DNA of 64,000 nucleotides from Escherichia coli (GCF_050920415.1 NZ_CP169309.1), one strand, 5' to 3'; positions 11,645 to 23,630 are shown, counted from the stretch's first letter. Notes: generated by a model from the sequence alone, not told the origin. Numbers and translations: made by a program.

Positions 11645-11649
11645 AGGAA

Positions 11650-11934
11650 TTACAGATAGCGGCACAGATAAGAGGTGGGTTCGGCAACTTGCAGATGAAA
11701 CTCGCTGTGACCGGGAACATTAAACACCGAACCGGCTTCATACACTTGCCAGTCGGTCGCGTCAGGCAGTAACACATTCAGCGCACCACTGATTACCGTC
11801 ATCTCTTCAGGCTCAGCGGTGCTGAAGGTGTATTCGCCTTCAACCATAACACCCACGCTGGCGCGACCAGTGCTGCTGCTGGAAAAGCCGATCGATTTCA
11901 CTTTGCCGGAAAAGTACTCATTACTTTGAAGCAT
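11650..11934 (-). CDS. ppnP: Pyrimidine/purine nucleoside phosphorylase PpnP (YaiE, 94 aa)
   Basis: Translation [17 protein letters not shown]...[15 protein letters not shown] matches YaiE/PpnP. Confidence 0.93.
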
Positions 11935-12005
11935 AAACTGGCCCTGTCTGGTAGTTGAACATCTACTTCACTATAGGGGCCAGAGGCGCTGGCTGTCACG
12001 CAAAA

Positions 12006-12683
12006 TTACACCAGTAATTCCGCAGCTAGCCGTGCAATCAATACGTTAGAGAGCAAGACAGGAACATCGAGCTGTTTTTGCAGTAAATCGCGATGACGTT
12101 GGTTAAATCCCAAACAATCCAGCATGATGACATCTGCGCCTTTTGCCAGTAATTCTTTCCCGGCATCAATGATTTTTTGTTCCGAATCATGAATGGGGTT
12201 ACCCAATGAAAATACTGGCGGTTTCTGCAAAATTTGCCATTTTTGCGCCTGAACGGTCAGTAGCTCTTCAACCGGTACGATAACCCCCACCTGATGATCT
12301 TCAACAATAGATGAAACCAGCGGTGGCAATATTCGCAACGGCTCAAGAAAGATCGTATTACGCGCAGTCATACTCCTAATGTTTGCTGTACTCATTAATA
12401 TAATGACGTCGTAGCCCTGATTATCGAGCACTTCAACCACACCTTGTAAGTCACGCTCCACTTTGCGACGCGAGACATGGGCCAGTTGGTTGTCATTTAA
12501 TAATGTGAGAATTGTGTCTTCGCCTGCTTCTGGCGCGTACTCCGCCATCACTTCTTCGCGGCTTAACTTCCCCAGCAGGCTATGATGGGAAATATTATCT
12601 TCGTCAATGTATTCTGTCAGGAGCGGCAAAACTTCCTGCATAGGTACAATGCCGATGGTCAGGATCGCCAACGACGCACTCAT
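12006..12683 (-). CDS. aroM: AroM protein (225 aa)
   Basis: Translation matches AroM; synteny with aroL-yaiA. Confidence 0.9.
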   Translation of the reverse strand: MSASLAILTIGIVPMQEVLPLLTEYIDEDNISHHSLLGKLSREEVMAEYAPEAGEDTILTLLNDNQLAHVSRRKVERDLQGVVEVLDNQGYDVIILMSTANIRSMTARNTIFLEPLRILPPLVSSIVEDHQVGVIVPVEELLTVQAQKWQILQKPPVFSLGNPIHDSEQKIIDAGKELLAKGADVIMLDCLGFNQRHRDLLQKQLDVPVLLSNVLIARLAAELLV

Positions 12684-12940
12684 TGTTCTTCCACCTTACT
12701 TTTATTTCGTCGTTAATTACCGGGCAAGCGCTAAGCACCACTGCCGACACTTACCTGTGCTACAAATGACAAAAAGCGTAGCAGCAGACCTGCACGGCAT
12801 AATGTAAAGATTCCAAATGATTCCAGTAATGGATTGTTATTGTTTAATATTCTAATTATTTGAAAAACATGAATTGTGAAAAATGTGACGCAGATCCCTT
12901 GTGGTGGCACTCAGAATCCCTTCCGAGCAGTCTGATGCGG

Positions 12941-13141
<201 letters not shown>

Positions 13142-13181
13142 TTATTTCACGGGATGAACGTTAAGTATAGGCGCTCGAAAA

Positions 13182-13706
13182 TCAACAATTGATCGTCTGT
13201 GCCAGGGCGCTACGAATTTCAGAAATCACCTGGCTGGGTTCGTTTGTTGCGTCGATGATAATATGCGCAACTTCGCGATATAGCGCATCGCGTTCTTCCA
13301 GCACTTCCTGAACTTCTTCGCTCAGCGGTTTCCCCGTTAAGGTTGGCCGTAAATCTTCTTCCGGTGCAGCTTGCAGTCGGTTAACCAGGACTGATACTGG
13401 CGCACACAAATAAACCACGATCCCGTTATTTTGCATAAAGTGACGATTAAATTCCGTCAGGATAATGCCGCCGCCCGTGGCGATAACGGTGGATGGCGCA
13501 GTTACCGCTTCCAACGCCGCCGTTTCTCTGGCGCGGAATCCCGCCCACTCTTCCCTTTCGACGATCTCCGCGACCGTCATATTGAGCTGTGATTGCAACC
13601 ACTGGTCGGTATCGACAAATCGACGGTTAAGCGAATCGGCAAGGGCCATTCCGACCGTTGTTTTACCACAGCCCCGAGGCCCGATCAGAAAAAGAGGTTG
13701 TGTCAT
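13182..13706 (-). CDS. aroL: Shikimate kinase II AroL (174 aa)
   Basis: Walker [10 protein letters not shown] at the N-terminus; translation matches AroL. Confidence 0.94.
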
Positions 13707-13869
13707 CGTGGGTTTTCCCCAATAGGTCGCAATGCGGCGAAAGCCGGTGTCATGAGAATAGCGATCATACCATCAAACTAGTACAATTTCGATTGTAAAG
13801 AAAAAATTCCACTTAAAGTGAAAATTTTAATACATCCCTTACTATACCAATAAATTTTCAAGAATGAAG

Positions 13870-13887
13870 TGTAAATAATAAATTACA
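13870..13887. promoter_or_regulatory. TyrR box candidate in the aroL upstream region
   Basis: TGTAAATAATAAATTACA fits TGTAAA-N6-TTTACA in a region known to be TyrR-regulated. Confidence 0.5.
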
Positions 13888-13888
13888 T

Positions 13889-14347
13889 TCAGCCACGACT
13901 ACGTTGCACTTCCAGCCACCACTTCTCCAGCTCCGCGGCAAAGGCCTGGCGGTCACGTTGTGAAAGGCTATCTGGTCCCCCGGTCTGGATCCCACTGGCG
14001 CGTAAGGTATCCATAAAATCGCGCATCGTCAGGCGCTCACGAATGGTCGCTGGTGTGTAACGTTCGCCGCGTGGATTAAGCGCCGCAGCGCCTTTCTCGA
14101 TGGCTTCAGCAGCCAAAGGAATATCTGCGGTGATCACCAAATCGCCAGCTTCACACTGCCGGACAATTTCGTTATCGGCAACGTCGAAACCTGCCGCGAC
14201 GCGCAGCGTTCGAATAAATCGCGAAGGCGGTACGCGTAAACTCTGGTTTGCTACCAGCACCAGCGGCATCTGCATACGTTCAGCCGCGCGATACAAAATC
14301 TCTTTAATTACATTGGGACACGCGTCGGCATCCACCCAAATTGTCAT
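13889..14347 (-). CDS. yaiI: UPF0178 protein YaiI (152 aa)
   Basis: Translation from [23 protein letters not shown]...; ORF-track start 14467 is an upstream extension. Confidence 0.85.
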   Translation of the reverse strand: MTIWVDADACPNVIKEILYRAAERMQMPLVLVANQSLRVPPSRFIRTLRVAAGFDVADNEIVRQCEAGDLVITADIPLAAEAIEKGAAALNPRGERYTPATIRERLTMRDFMDTLRASGIQTGGPDSLSQRDRQAFAAELEKWWLEVQRSRG

Positions 14348-14466
14348 AAAGTCATCCTTTGTTGGGTAATTCTCTATTGTGTCGCGCTTTTGCCTTCCGG
14401 CATAGTTCTGTTTATGCTTCTGCCAGCGATTATCAAAACAATGAATTTCACGGCAGGAGTGAGGCA

Positions 14467-15276
14467 ATGGAAAAGAAAATCGGTTTTATTGGCTGCGGCA
14501 ATATGGGAAAAGCCATTCTCGGCGGTCTGATTGCCAGCGGTCAGGTGCTTCCAGGGCAAATCTGGGTATATACCCCCTCCCCGGATAAAGTCGCCGCCCT
14601 GCATGACCAGTTCGGCATCAACGCCGCAGAATCGGCGCAAGAAGTGGCGCAAATCGCCGACATCATTTTTGCCGCCGTTAAACCAGGCATCATGATTAAA
14701 GTGCTTAGCGAAATCACCTCCAGCCTGAATAAAGACTCTCTGGTCGTTTCTATTGCAGCAGGTGTCACGCTCGACCAGCTTGCCCGCGCGCTGGGCCATG
14801 ACCGGAAAATTATCCGCGCCATGCCGAACACTCCCGCACTGGTTAATGCCGGGATGACCTCCGTAACGCCAAACGCGCTGGTAACCCCAGAAGATACCGC
14901 TGATGTGCTGAATATTTTCCGCTGCTTTGGCGAAGCGGAAGTAATTGCCGAGCCGATGATCCACCCGGTGGTCGGTGTGAGCGGTTCTTCGCCAGCCTAC
15001 GTCTTTATGTTTATCGAAGCGATGGCCGACGCCGCCGTGCTGGGCGGGATGCCACGCGCCCAGGCGTATAAATTTGCCGCTCAGGCGGTAATGGGTTCCG
15101 CGAAAATGGTACTTGAAACGGGAGAACATCCGGGCGCACTGAAAGATATGGTCTGCTCACCAGGAGGCACTACTATTGAAGCGGTACGCGTACTGGAAGA
15201 GAAAGGCTTCCGTGCCGCAGTGATCGAAGCGATGACGAAGTGTATGGAAAAATCAGAAAAACTCAGCAAATCCTGA
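14467..15276 (+). CDS. proC: Pyrroline-5-carboxylate reductase ProC (269 aa)
   Basis: Translation [20 protein letters not shown]... with Rossmann GxGxxG; divergent from yaiI. Confidence 0.95.
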   Translation: MEKKIGFIGCGNMGKAILGGLIASGQVLPGQIWVYTPSPDKVAALHDQFGINAAESAQEVAQIADIIFAAVKPGIMIKVLSEITSSLNKDSLVVSIAAGVTLDQLARALGHDRKIIRAMPNTPALVNAGMTSVTPNALVTPEDTADVLNIFRCFGEAEVIAEPMIHPVVGVSGSSPAYVFMFIEAMADAAVLGGMPRAQAYKFAAQAVMGSAKMVLETGEHPGALKDMVCSPGGTTIEAVRVLEEKGFRAAVIEAMTKCMEKSEKLSKS

Positions 15277-15292
15277 TGACTTTCGCCGGACG

Positions 15293-16408
15293 TCAGGCCG
15301 CCACTTCGGTGCGGTTACGTCCGGCTTTCTTTGCTTTGTAGAGCGCCAAATCTGCCGATTTCAACCACTCCCGATAGTGACTCATTTGTGGATTCAGCGG
15401 CGCGACACCCACACTAATCCGTAACATCACCTGCGGTGTATTCGGCAAACGTAACGTATTTAGCCCTTCATGTACCCGTAACATGGCGGTAATGGCGCTC
15501 TCAGCTGGCGTACCGGACATGATCACCGCAAACTCATCGCCACCAAACCGACCAATCACATCGCTACCGCGCAGGGTAATTTGTAATTGTCGGGTAAGCG
15601 CCACAATCGCTTCATCGCCCACATCATGGCCCCAGGTATCGTTGATGCTCTTGAAATGGTCGATATCGATAATCAGTAACGTCGCATCGCGGTTATGCCG
15701 CCGACAGTTATCAAATTCATTGCGTAACATCGTTTCCCAATGACGTCGGTTATACACGCCCGTCATACCGTCGCGGGTACTCATGACCTGCAACCTGCGT
15801 TTATGTTCCGCCAGTTTGGTTGCCGTCTGGTAGCTGACCCAGCCAAACAGCATAGGATAAATGACGATAATGGGAAGGGAGAGCCACCATTCCAGCGGCG
15901 CACTATTGAACGACACGGTGATGCCCGTCAATTCGAGGGTGACAAGGCAGGAAACCACCATCAACACCAGACCCGCGACAAACAGACGGGGGCCGCCTGC
16001 CCCCATCAAATTCAGACACATAATCATCAACATCGCGGTGGAAGGCAGCACGTTTACGCCCATTACGCCTACCCACATTCCCGCTAATACTGCATCGGTT
16101 TTTAAGTTATAAATTTCCCGGCTAAGCGGATCGACAGCCCTACTCGCAATCTGCCAGGCTAAATGCGGCCAGACGAACGCCCAGCCGACCAACACCAGCC
16201 ACCACCAGCCCGGCGGCGGGTGCGAAACCAGCGTTGAAGCAATCGGTAAGAACATGCCAGCCAGGCCAACCGCGCGGGGTAGTCTGACGCGACGGGCGAA
16301 GCGCAGCCCGGACCGCTGATGTTCGTTTTGAGGAGTTAAAGGAGGTTCCTCCCCATGCGCCGCCGCTTTTTTGAAAAAGTTTTCATCATTCATTATTTTT
16401 GGGAACAT
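15293..16408 (-). CDS. dgcC: Diguanylate cyclase DgcC (AdrA/YaiC, 371 aa)
   Basis: N-terminal MASE2-like membrane domain plus GGDEF domain (RFGGDEF motif). Confidence 0.9.
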   Translation of the reverse strand: MFPKIMNDENFFKKAAAHGEEPPLTPQNEHQRSGLRFARRVRLPRAVGLAGMFLPIASTLVSHPPPGWWWLVLVGWAFVWPHLAWQIASRAVDPLSREIYNLKTDAVLAGMWVGVMGVNVLPSTAMLMIMCLNLMGAGGPRLFVAGLVLMVVSCLVTLELTGITVSFNSAPLEWWLSLPIIVIYPMLFGWVSYQTATKLAEHKRRLQVMSTRDGMTGVYNRRHWETMLRNEFDNCRRHNRDATLLIIDIDHFKSINDTWGHDVGDEAIVALTRQLQITLRGSDVIGRFGGDEFAVIMSGTPAESAITAMLRVHEGLNTLRLPNTPQVMLRISVGVAPLNPQMSHYREWLKSADLALYKAKKAGRNRTEVAA

Positions 16409-16509
16409 TCAGAAACAATTTTCCCAAATTATAGAGACGGGGCTAAAGGCAGAAGTATGAAATTTCGGGTGAGCCATTTTCGTAGCTCACCCGTTAGCAC
16501 TATCAGGTA

Positions 16510-16830
16510 TCAGGCGGCTTTCTTGAGGCAGGCGCTCATAAACTTATTACGATCATCACCTTTCAGAGATTGTTGCGTTGCTTGATTATTACATTCGCGC
16601 ATCTTTTGCTGCTGTGGCGTCAAACTTTTTTCACCAGGCGCAGACTTGCTGTTCTTCAGGCAATCACTCATGTAGGTCTTACGAGCATCCCCTTTCAACG
16701 CCTGCGCCGTCGCCTGCTGATTACAGGAGGTCATACGCTGTTGTTGCGGGGTTAAGGTTCTCTCGGCAGCGCCGACGGTGGTTAAAAAAACCAGTCCGAA
16801 AAGCAAGGTAACCAGTAATGTTATTTTCAT
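16510..16830 (-). CDS. psiF: Phosphate starvation-inducible protein PsiF (106 aa)
   Basis: Signal peptide and duplicated TPQQQ(R/K)M..CN..A motif; downstream of phoA. Confidence 0.85.
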   Translation of the reverse strand: MKITLLVTLLFGLVFLTTVGAAERTLTPQQQRMTSCNQQATAQALKGDARKTYMSDCLKNSKSAPGEKSLTPQQQKMRECNNQATQQSLKGDDRNKFMSACLKKAA

Positions 16831-16895
16831 AGCACCATCCCTCTTCATGTTTTAACCATGAGCGTTTGCGCCCGTGATCTGCCATTAAGTCTGGT

Positions 16896-16932
16896 TGCTA
16901 ACCGCAAAAAAACCACCCGACAGCGAAAATTC
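16896..16932 (-). terminator. Putative intrinsic terminator between phoA and psiF
   Basis: Minus strand GC-rich hairpin (CCCGGCGG...CTGTCGGG) followed by a T7 run. Confidence 0.45.
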
Positions 16933-16948
16933 ACCGCCGGGCGCGGTT

Positions 16949-18364
16949 TTATTTCAGCCCCAGGGCGGCTTTCATGGTGTAGAAGAGATCGGTCTGGTCG
17001 GTCAGTCCAACGACATTGGCGGCATGTGGGCCATACGCCGCAATACGCAGCTGACTACCGGTATGTTCTTGTGAATCCTCTTCGGAGTTCCCGTAACTCA
17101 TTACCATCACCGCGCCATCTTTGGTATTTAGCGCCTGGGTGAGGCCCGGCGCTTTGGTGTCCGGCGCGACAATCTGGCTGGCGTGGGCGTGATCAGCGGT
17201 GACTATGACCAGCGTGTTGCCATCCTTTTTAGCGAATTCCAGCGCCCGTTGTACGGCTTCGTCGAGATCGACCGTCTCGCCAATTTGCCCACAAGGATTC
17301 GCCGCGTGATCCTGTTTATCGATTGATGCACCTTCAACTTGCAGGAAAAAGCCTTTCTCATTTTTACTCAACAATTCAATGGCTTTATCAGTCATCTGCG
17401 CCAGGGTCGGTACGCTGTCATTACGTTGCGGATTAGGCGTACAGGTAACTGCGGGCTTGTCGATATTGCCGTGGTACGTTGCTTTCGGTCCTTGCCAGCG
17501 CACTGGCATATTGCCGTCAGCAAACAGGCCAAGCAGGGGTTTTTGCTGGTTCGCTTCCGTCACCGCGTTCAGCGAGGCAGCATCGTTCACTAACTGATAA
17601 CCACGCACCTGCGCCTGTTCACGCAGCGTTTTTCCCTGCCATTCACCAGCGGTTGCCGTTTCCGCAAAGGTTTTTGCGCCGCCGCCAAGCGTAACATCGG
17701 CACGGGCGTTAAGCAGCTGTTCGGTAATCGATCCTTTTCCGCCTTTTTCCAGCGCGTTACCCGGACATTTTTCACTGGTCGCGCTCGGACCGTAGCATTT
17801 GCGCGAAGTCACATGCGCCACCAACGCGGCGGGAGTGGCATCCTGCAACTCTGCGGTAGAAACGTTACCGGTCGCCAGCCCTGCGGCTTTTGCCATTTCC
17901 AGAATCGTTGGGTGATCTTTTTCATGAATATCGACACCCAATGCGCCATTATAGGTTTTGACACCGGTTGACCAGGCAGTTGCTGATGCAGCCGAGTCGG
18001 TAACGTAGTCCGGTTTGCCGGTTTTTTTATTCAGCGCATAGTGAGTGTATTGCCCAGTAAGCGGTAAGGCATCAATACCTTTAAAAAAGCCGCCCGCACC
18101 TTCGGCATAATTACGTGCGGCAGTAATTTCCGAATCCCCCATCCCATCGCCAATCAGCAAAATAATATTTTTTGCAGGCTTATCGCTAAGAGAATCACGC
18201 AGAGCGGCGCTCTGATCACCCGTTAAGCGGCGAGCACCGCCGGGTGCAGTAATATCGCCCTGAGCAGCCCGGTTTTCCAGAATAGGCATTTCTGGTGTCC
18301 GGGCTTTTGTCACAGGGGTAAACAGTAACGGTAAGAGTGCCAGTGCAATAGTGCTTTGTTTCAC
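16949..18364 (-). CDS. phoA: Alkaline phosphatase PhoA (471 aa; GTG start)
   Basis: Translation [27 protein letters not shown]... matches PhoA including signal peptide; ORF-track start 18406 is an upstream TTG extension. Confidence 0.96.
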   Translation of the reverse strand: MKQSTIALALLPLLFTPVTKARTPEMPILENRAAQGDITAPGGARRLTGDQSAALRDSLSDKPAKNIILLIGDGMGDSEITAARNYAEGAGGFFKGIDALPLTGQYTHYALNKKTGKPDYVTDSAASATAWSTGVKTYNGALGVDIHEKDHPTILEMAKAAGLATGNVSTAELQDATPAALVAHVTSRKCYGPSATSEKCPGNALEKGGKGSITEQLLNARADVTLGGGAKTFAETATAGEWQGKTLREQAQVRGYQLVNDAASLNAVTEANQQKPLLGLFADGNMPVRWQGPKATYHGNIDKPAVTCTPNPQRNDSVPTLAQMTDKAIELLSKNEKGFFLQVEGASIDKQDHAANPCGQIGETVDLDEAVQRALEFAKKDGNTLVIVTADHAHASQIVAPDTKAPGLTQALNTKDGAVMVMSYGNSEEDSQEHTGSQLRIAAYGPHAANVVGLTDQTDLFYTMKAALGLK

Positions 18365-18426
18365 TTTATTTTCTCCATGTACAAATACATTAAAAAATAA
18401 AAACAAAGCGACTATAAGTCTCAGCC

Positions 18427-18444
18427 GTGACAGCTTTATGACAG
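18427..18444 (-). promoter_or_regulatory. Pho box of the phoA promoter
   Basis: Minus strand CTGTCATAAAGCTGTCAC (two 7-bp direct repeats, 4-bp spacer), followed by a TATAGT -10 element. Confidence 0.8.
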
Positions 18445-18464
18445 CTGTTGAAAAGATTACCTTT

Positions 18465-18725
18465 TTACTGACGAGGATGCTTCAATAACTTCTTTACATA
18501 ATCGCGCAGCAGCTCCGTATCGTCGTCAGGAATGCTGGCATCGGGCTTTACCTCGTAAAGCGCCCCCTCTACCTGATCAATCAACCGCTGTTGGTCATTT
18601 TGCGCCATATTACGAAGCATTGCAGTGACGATAATCTCCAGTGCTTCTACCTGCGCGCACAGTTCTTTCGACTCTTCTTCTTTTTGGGCAAGCTTAAATA
18701 ACAACTCAGCAATGAGATTTTTCAT
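18465..18725 (-). CDS. iraP: Anti-adaptor protein IraP (86 aa)
   Basis: Translation [30 protein letters not shown]... matches IraP. Confidence 0.9.
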
Positions 18726-19187
18726 GTCTGTATTTCCTTATCCAAAGTATGGAGAAGTTAACATTATGCTTCACAACTTCATAGTGTCTGGAGGTAGTAT
18801 TTTTATGACGAATGAAATACTTTGCGCAAATATTTTTTCCATATTTATCAGCGAAACGTTTCTCTTATTTAAATAAGTAACCATACAAAGTATAGGTTTT
18901 TAATTATCAACCTTTATTATAAGTAAAAGTTATGAAATATATTCTCTTTGCTAACTTATAATTAAGAGAAAAAAACTCACTGCATGGCCATTTAAACCAG
19001 GAATAAATTAGCTTCCCGTTCATCATTTTTGTGATCTTGCGCACATCTTTGAGATAACGCACTTTCTTCACCAGTACGTTGCACACTTTGTCAGTAGAAG
19101 ATTGCAACATTCTGTCAGAAGGCCGCGAATCCCCCGTTTTGTCGTGGTAATGTATGCACTTTGTGTTAGACGGGATAGGTTTTCAAG

Positions 19188-20282
19188 ATGGAAAAACTGC
19201 GGGTAGGAATCGTTTTTGGTGGTAAATCAGCGGAACATGAAGTGTCTTTGCAATCGGCAAAAAACATTGTCGATGCCATTGATAAAAGTCGCTTCGACGT
19301 TGTGCTGCTGGGCATTGATAAACAAGGGCAATGGCACGTCAGCGATGCCAACAATTATCTGCTAAATGCAGACGATCCTGCCCATATTGCGTTGCGCCCT
19401 TCGGCGACCAGTCTTGCGCAGGTGCCTGGTAAACATGAGCATCAGCTTATCGACGCGCAAAACGGTCAGCCATTGCCGACGGTGGATGTCATTTTCCCGA
19501 TTGTTCACGGTACGCTAGGCGAAGATGGTTCCTTGCAGGGAATGCTGCGGGTCGCCAATTTACCGTTTGTGGGTTCTGATGTTTTGGCGTCAGCGGCCTG
19601 TATGGATAAAGATGTCACCAAACGTCTGCTACGCGATGCCGGGCTGAACATTGCGCCATTTATTACCCTGACACGCACCAATCGTCAAAACATCAGTTTT
19701 GCCGAAGTGAAGTCAAAACTGGGGTTACCGCTGTTTGTAAAACCCGCTAACCAAGGCTCTTCTGTTGGTGTCAGCAAAGTAACCAGTGAAGAAGAGTACG
19801 CAATTGCCGTCGATCTGGCGTTCGAGTTCGATCATAAAGTGATCGTTGAGCAAGGGATCAAAGGTCGTGAGATCGAATGCGCGGTTCTGGGCAACGACAA
19901 TCCGCAAGCCAGTACCTGTGGCGAGATCGTACTAACCAGCGATTTCTATGCCTACGACACCAAGTACATTGACGAAGATGGCGCGAAAGTGGTGGTTCCG
20001 GCAGCCATTACGCCTGAAATTAACGATATGATCCGGGCAATTGCCGTTCAGGCTTATCAAACGTTGGGTTGCGCAGGCATGGCGCGTGTAGACGTGTTTT
20101 TAACCCCAGAGAACGAAGTGGTAATCAACGAGATCAACACACTGCCAGGCTTCACCAACATCAGTATGTATCCGAAGCTGTGGCAAGCCAGCGGTTTGGG
20201 TTACACCGACCTGATCACACGTCTGATCGAGTTGGCGCTGGAGCGTCACGCTGCGGATAACGCATTGAAAACCACGATGTAA
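19188..20282 (+). CDS. ddlA: D-alanine--D-alanine ligase A (364 aa)
   Basis: Translation [28 protein letters not shown]... ATP-grasp fold. Confidence 0.95.
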   Translation: MEKLRVGIVFGGKSAEHEVSLQSAKNIVDAIDKSRFDVVLLGIDKQGQWHVSDANNYLLNADDPAHIALRPSATSLAQVPGKHEHQLIDAQNGQPLPTVDVIFPIVHGTLGEDGSLQGMLRVANLPFVGSDVLASAACMDKDVTKRLLRDAGLNIAPFITLTRTNRQNISFAEVKSKLGLPLFVKPANQGSSVGVSKVTSEEEYAIAVDLAFEFDHKVIVEQGIKGREIECAVLGNDNPQASTCGEIVLTSDFYAYDTKYIDEDGAKVVVPAAITPEINDMIRAIAVQAYQTLGCAGMARVDVFLTPENEVVINEINTLPGFTNISMYPKLWQASGLGYTDLITRLIELALERHAADNALKTTM

Positions 20283-20287
20283 TTTTT

Positions 20288-20316
20288 AAATGCCCAATAA
20301 CTGTTATTGGGCATTT
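20288..20316 (+). terminator. Intrinsic terminator after ddlA
   Basis: AAATGCCCAATAACTGTTATTGGGCATTT perfect hairpin followed by T-rich sequence, 6 nt after the stop. Confidence 0.6.
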
Positions 20317-20330
20317 AAGACTGTAAGATT

Positions 20331-20419
20331 GCCTGATGCGCTTTGCTTATCAGGCCTACAAGATAATTGCAATATACTGATTTTGTAGGCAGGATAAGGC
20401 GTTCGCGCCGCATCCGGCA
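20331..20419. repeat. REP/BIME elements between ddlA and yaiZ
   Basis: GCCTGATGCGCTTTGCTTATCAGGCCTAC and GTAGGCAGGATAAGGCGTTCGCGCCGCATCCGGC motifs. Confidence 0.6.
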
Positions 20420-20464
20420 AAAACAACGAGCACTTTGTCAGCCCCCAGAACGCCCAATCCTCTG

Positions 20465-20677
20465 TTATTGGGCGTTTTCAGTTTCTTCATCGCGACGACG
20501 AATAATCAGCCCCGCGAGCCAGAAACTAATCACCCACGTCACCAGACCAACGGCATAGGTCTGCCAACCTTTTGCTTCAAATCCCAGTAACCCCACCACG
20601 CCATTAAGAATGAATATCAGGCCAATGGCGAACGCATAGTAGTGCCAGTCACGGCGAATTTTTACAGGCAGACTCAT
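20465..20677 (-). CDS. yaiZ: Small inner membrane protein YaiZ (70 aa)
   Basis: Translation MSLPVKIRRDWHYYAFAIGLIFILNGVVGL... two TM helices. Confidence 0.7.
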   Translation of the reverse strand: MSLPVKIRRDWHYYAFAIGLIFILNGVVGLLGFEAKGWQTYAVGLVTWVISFWLAGLIIRRRDEETENAQ

Positions 20678-20936
20678 GGCAGCTCCGTTAACGAAAAATA
20701 ACATCTTCGCATAATCGATAACTTACGTCTGTGGGGTAGACAGCATTTCCCGTATCGTTAAAAAATTTAACTTAAAGTTACCGTTTTGTGACTCGTGACA
20801 AATATTCCCGCTTCGGGAATATTCCCAACATCAATTTACCATGATTCTGATATTGACAATCTTAATGACCTGTCAGACTTGCCATAAGCCGCTGGTATGA
20901 CACCAGAAGAGAAGCAGATGACTTCCGGAGGTTTTT

Positions 20937-21245
20937 ATGGCTGATTTCACCCTGTCAAAATCGCTGTTTAGCGGAAAATATCGCAATGCCTCTTCTACGC
21001 CTGGCAACATTGCCTATGCGTTGTTTGTGCTGTTTTGCTTTTGGGCTGGGGCGCAATTGCTGAACCTGTTAGTGCATGCGCCCGGCGTCTATGAGCGTTT
21101 AATGCAGGCTCAGGAAACAGGCCGCCCACGGGTGGAAATTGGTTTAGGTGTCGGTACCATTTTCGGGCTGATCCCATTTTTAATTGGCTGCTTCATTTTT
21201 GCAGTGGTGGCGCTATGGCTGCACTGGCGACATCGCCGCCAGTAA
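20937..21245 (+). CDS. yaiY: Inner membrane protein YaiY (102 aa)
   Basis: Translation [20 protein letters not shown]... matches YaiY. Confidence 0.8.
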   Translation: MADFTLSKSLFSGKYRNASSTPGNIAYALFVLFCFWAGAQLLNLLVHAPGVYERLMQAQETGRPRVEIGLGVGTIFGLIPFLIGCFIFAVVALWLHWRHRRQ

Positions 21246-21302
21246 GAGTAGGTTGCCAGATGCGGCCTAAAATGCCTTATCTGGCCTGGCGTTGCCTTTT
21301 GC

Positions 21303-22397
21303 TTACTGTTTCATACAACGCGCCCGCCGTTCATCTACGCGCTTCGCAAACCAGGCCGTAGTCAGATTGCGGGTAATTTTCGGGCTTTCCAGTTGGATGC
21401 CGGGCAACATTTCGCGGGGTAGTGATCTACCCGTTTTTGCTTCGGCAAGTTGATAAACTTCCTTGTACAGCGCCGTCTCCTCAAAAGAGAAGCTGTCCCC
21501 TTTCTCTAACTGACGGCGAATTTCGCTGTCGCTCATCCCCAGTTTGCTTGCCAGTTTGCGCGTTGCCAGCTCTGTTTTCCCAGGTTCTTTACTGTCGTAA
21601 CGAATTAAATCACCGTCCAGCGCCAGCTTTATGCCAGTGGCCTTACTGACCGCGTTCTGAAAAGCGGCATTACGACTGGCGTACCAGCCAGCGTTAAAAT
21701 CGGCAAAACGGTATATCGGCGCGCTATAACTGGCAGGATAATTCAGTAAATGGTAAGTTCCGAACCACAATCCGCCGCGGCGACTGAAGACTTCCTGACG
21801 GACTGTACCGTCCATTTTCCACGGATACCCTTTGGTATGCTGTTCGGCAAACGCAATGCTGACCTGCATCGGTCCACCGGTACGCACTGGATTAAGCGAA
21901 CCAAACAGCGTCTGCCCCATTGGCACCATGCTGATCAAATCGTCAAAAATCGCGCTTAATTGCTTTTCTGTACGCACAGAATCTAACCGCTCACTATAAC
22001 TTTTGCCGTTTGGCGATTTGATTTTTAGCGCGGTATGAACCAGAAAAGCAGGGATGTGCATCCGTTCGGCACGACGGTCAATCTCTTGCCATGCTATCTT
22101 GCTTAAGCCCGGAACGGGCGGATCTGCCTGATAATTTGACTCCTGCTGCGCCACCGCCAGCACCGAGCAGACATTTTCCAGCGTCGGTGCCAGCCCCTGA
22201 CTTTCAAACGTGGTGGCAAGATCTTTCGCCCAGGCATCGCGGTCTTTCACACTCGCGGGCACCTTCTGCCGCACGACGCTCGCCACATCTATCGCTTTTT
22301 CGCCCTTTTTCAACGGTTGCGGAGCCTGACTACTACACCCTGCTAAAACCAGAACCGCCAATAACGAAAGCGAAGATAGATGATTGACGCGCGACAT
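21303..22397 (-). CDS. yaiW: Lipoprotein YaiW (364 aa)
   Basis: Lipobox LAGC in the signal peptide; immediately downstream of sbmA. Confidence 0.85.
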   Translation of the reverse strand: MSRVNHLSSLSLLAVLVLAGCSSQAPQPLKKGEKAIDVASVVRQKVPASVKDRDAWAKDLATTFESQGLAPTLENVCSVLAVAQQESNYQADPPVPGLSKIAWQEIDRRAERMHIPAFLVHTALKIKSPNGKSYSERLDSVRTEKQLSAIFDDLISMVPMGQTLFGSLNPVRTGGPMQVSIAFAEQHTKGYPWKMDGTVRQEVFSRRGGLWFGTYHLLNYPASYSAPIYRFADFNAGWYASRNAAFQNAVSKATGIKLALDGDLIRYDSKEPGKTELATRKLASKLGMSDSEIRRQLEKGDSFSFEETALYKEVYQLAEAKTGRSLPREMLPGIQLESPKITRNLTTAWFAKRVDERRARCMKQ

Positions 22398-22409
22398 TAC
22401 TTCTCCTTT

Positions 22410-23630
22410 TTAACTCAAGGTATGGGTTACTTCCTGAATTTTGTCACCATCCAGCTCATGTTCAAAGCTGCGCAGACGTTTGTAGATAGACATCAACTCA
22501 ACCAGCGTGGTCCATGAGTTAATCAGGTACTGAAAAGCACCGCGAACCTGACCAAAAACGTTGGTAATCTGCGTCATCAGGCCGAGCGTAATCGTACCGG
22601 CAACAATCGACGGAAACAGCAAGAACAAACCGAAAACGTTATCGACCTGCAAATAGAGAATGCGGGCGATGTTGAAATACATATAGTGAAAATAGAGGCG
22701 GAAATAGTTTTTCCGCACGGCGCTAAACAGCTCGCGTACCGTAGGCGGCGTCGCGCGCGATGCATCGTCTTCACCATAAACCAACTCTTTACGGTAGGCA
22801 GCTTCTACACGCTGATTTTTAAACTCCAGTCCCGGCAGTTTGATCCCAACCACTGCCAGTAATCCGGTCCCCATCAACGACCATACGATAGCAGCAATCA
22901 CCAGACCATACGGAATATGCCCGACAATCGGCAGCTCTGGCACATGCGCAGAGAGCGTTACCAGTACCGGCAGGAAGGCGATCAACGTCATGATAGCGTT
23001 GATAAAACTGACGCCCATATTCTCAAGCGTTGAAGCAAAACGCATGGTGTCTTCCTGCACACGCTGGGCGGCACCTTCGATATGACGCAGTTGTTGCCAG
23101 TTCGCCATGTAATATTCGTTCATCGCCGTACGCCAGCGGAACACGTAGTGACTGACAAAGAAGTTGTTCAGCACACTGATCACCACCGCGATCAGCGCAA
23201 TCCCCAGAAAGACACCCACTTCGCGGTAAAATTGTTCGATAGTGACTTTATGCGGCGAACTTAGCGCAGTTTGAATCAGATCATAAAACGGCGCATACCA
23301 GGCGTTGACGGCAACTCCAACTTCTACCAAAAACCAGGTGACGAAGATAATCAACGCAGTACCGAGTATTGACCAGTATTGCCAACGATGCGGGCTATAA
23401 ATAAACCAGAACAGTGCAAAAAGCCCTACGCAAACAATGTAGTAAGCGTAAAAAATCAGGAAATCTAACGACCAGAAACGCGCGGCGCTAATTGGGATCT
23501 GCCCGGAAGCTCCGGTGATGCGCGCCACCCAATCCCCCCCACCGGCTTGCCAGAAGATAACGGCAATCAATGCCCAAACAAAGGCCGAGAGAAAAAACGT
23601 TCCCGGCTTTGGGAAAAAAGACTTAAACAT
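22410..23630 (-). CDS. sbmA: Peptide antibiotic/microcin transporter SbmA (406 aa)
   Basis: Translation [24 protein letters not shown]... matches SbmA. Confidence 0.93.
   Translation of the reverse strand: MFKSFFPKPGTFFLSAFVWALIAVIFWQAGGGDWVARITGASGQIPISAARFWSLDFLIFYAYYIVCVGLFALFWFIYSPHRWQYWSILGTALIIFVTWFLVEVGVAVNAWYAPFYDLIQTALSSPHKVTIEQFYREVGVFLGIALIAVVISVLNNFFVSHYVFRWRTAMNEYYMANWQQLRHIEGAAQRVQEDTMRFASTLENMGVSFINAIMTLIAFLPVLVTLSAHVPELPIVGHIPYGLVIAAIVWSLMGTGLLAVVGIKLPGLEFKNQRVEAAYRKELVYGEDDASRATPPTVRELFSAVRKNYFRLYFHYMYFNIARILYLQVDNVFGLFLLFPSIVAGTITLGLMTQITNVFGQVRGAFQYLINSWTTLVELMSIYKRLRSFEHELDGDKIQEVTHTLS

Noticed and set aside
8698-11649. Mobile-element signatures (integrase, transposase, flanking direct repeats or tRNA) at the islet boundaries
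   Set aside because: I found no integrase or transposase ORF, no tRNA and no obvious terminal inverted or direct repeats at this or the other two accessory junctions (33791-34092/41886-42044 and 54081-54182). Mobility mechanism is unresolved rather than shown.
14374-15129. 251-aa minus-strand ORF antisense to proC
   Set aside because: Fully embedded in proC, which has a clear Rossmann motif and full-length match; no independent support.
18907-19110. 67-aa ORF in the AT-rich iraP-ddlA intergenic region
   Set aside because: Lies in promoter-like AT-rich DNA where random ORFs are frequent; no RBS or motif recognised and no flanking support.
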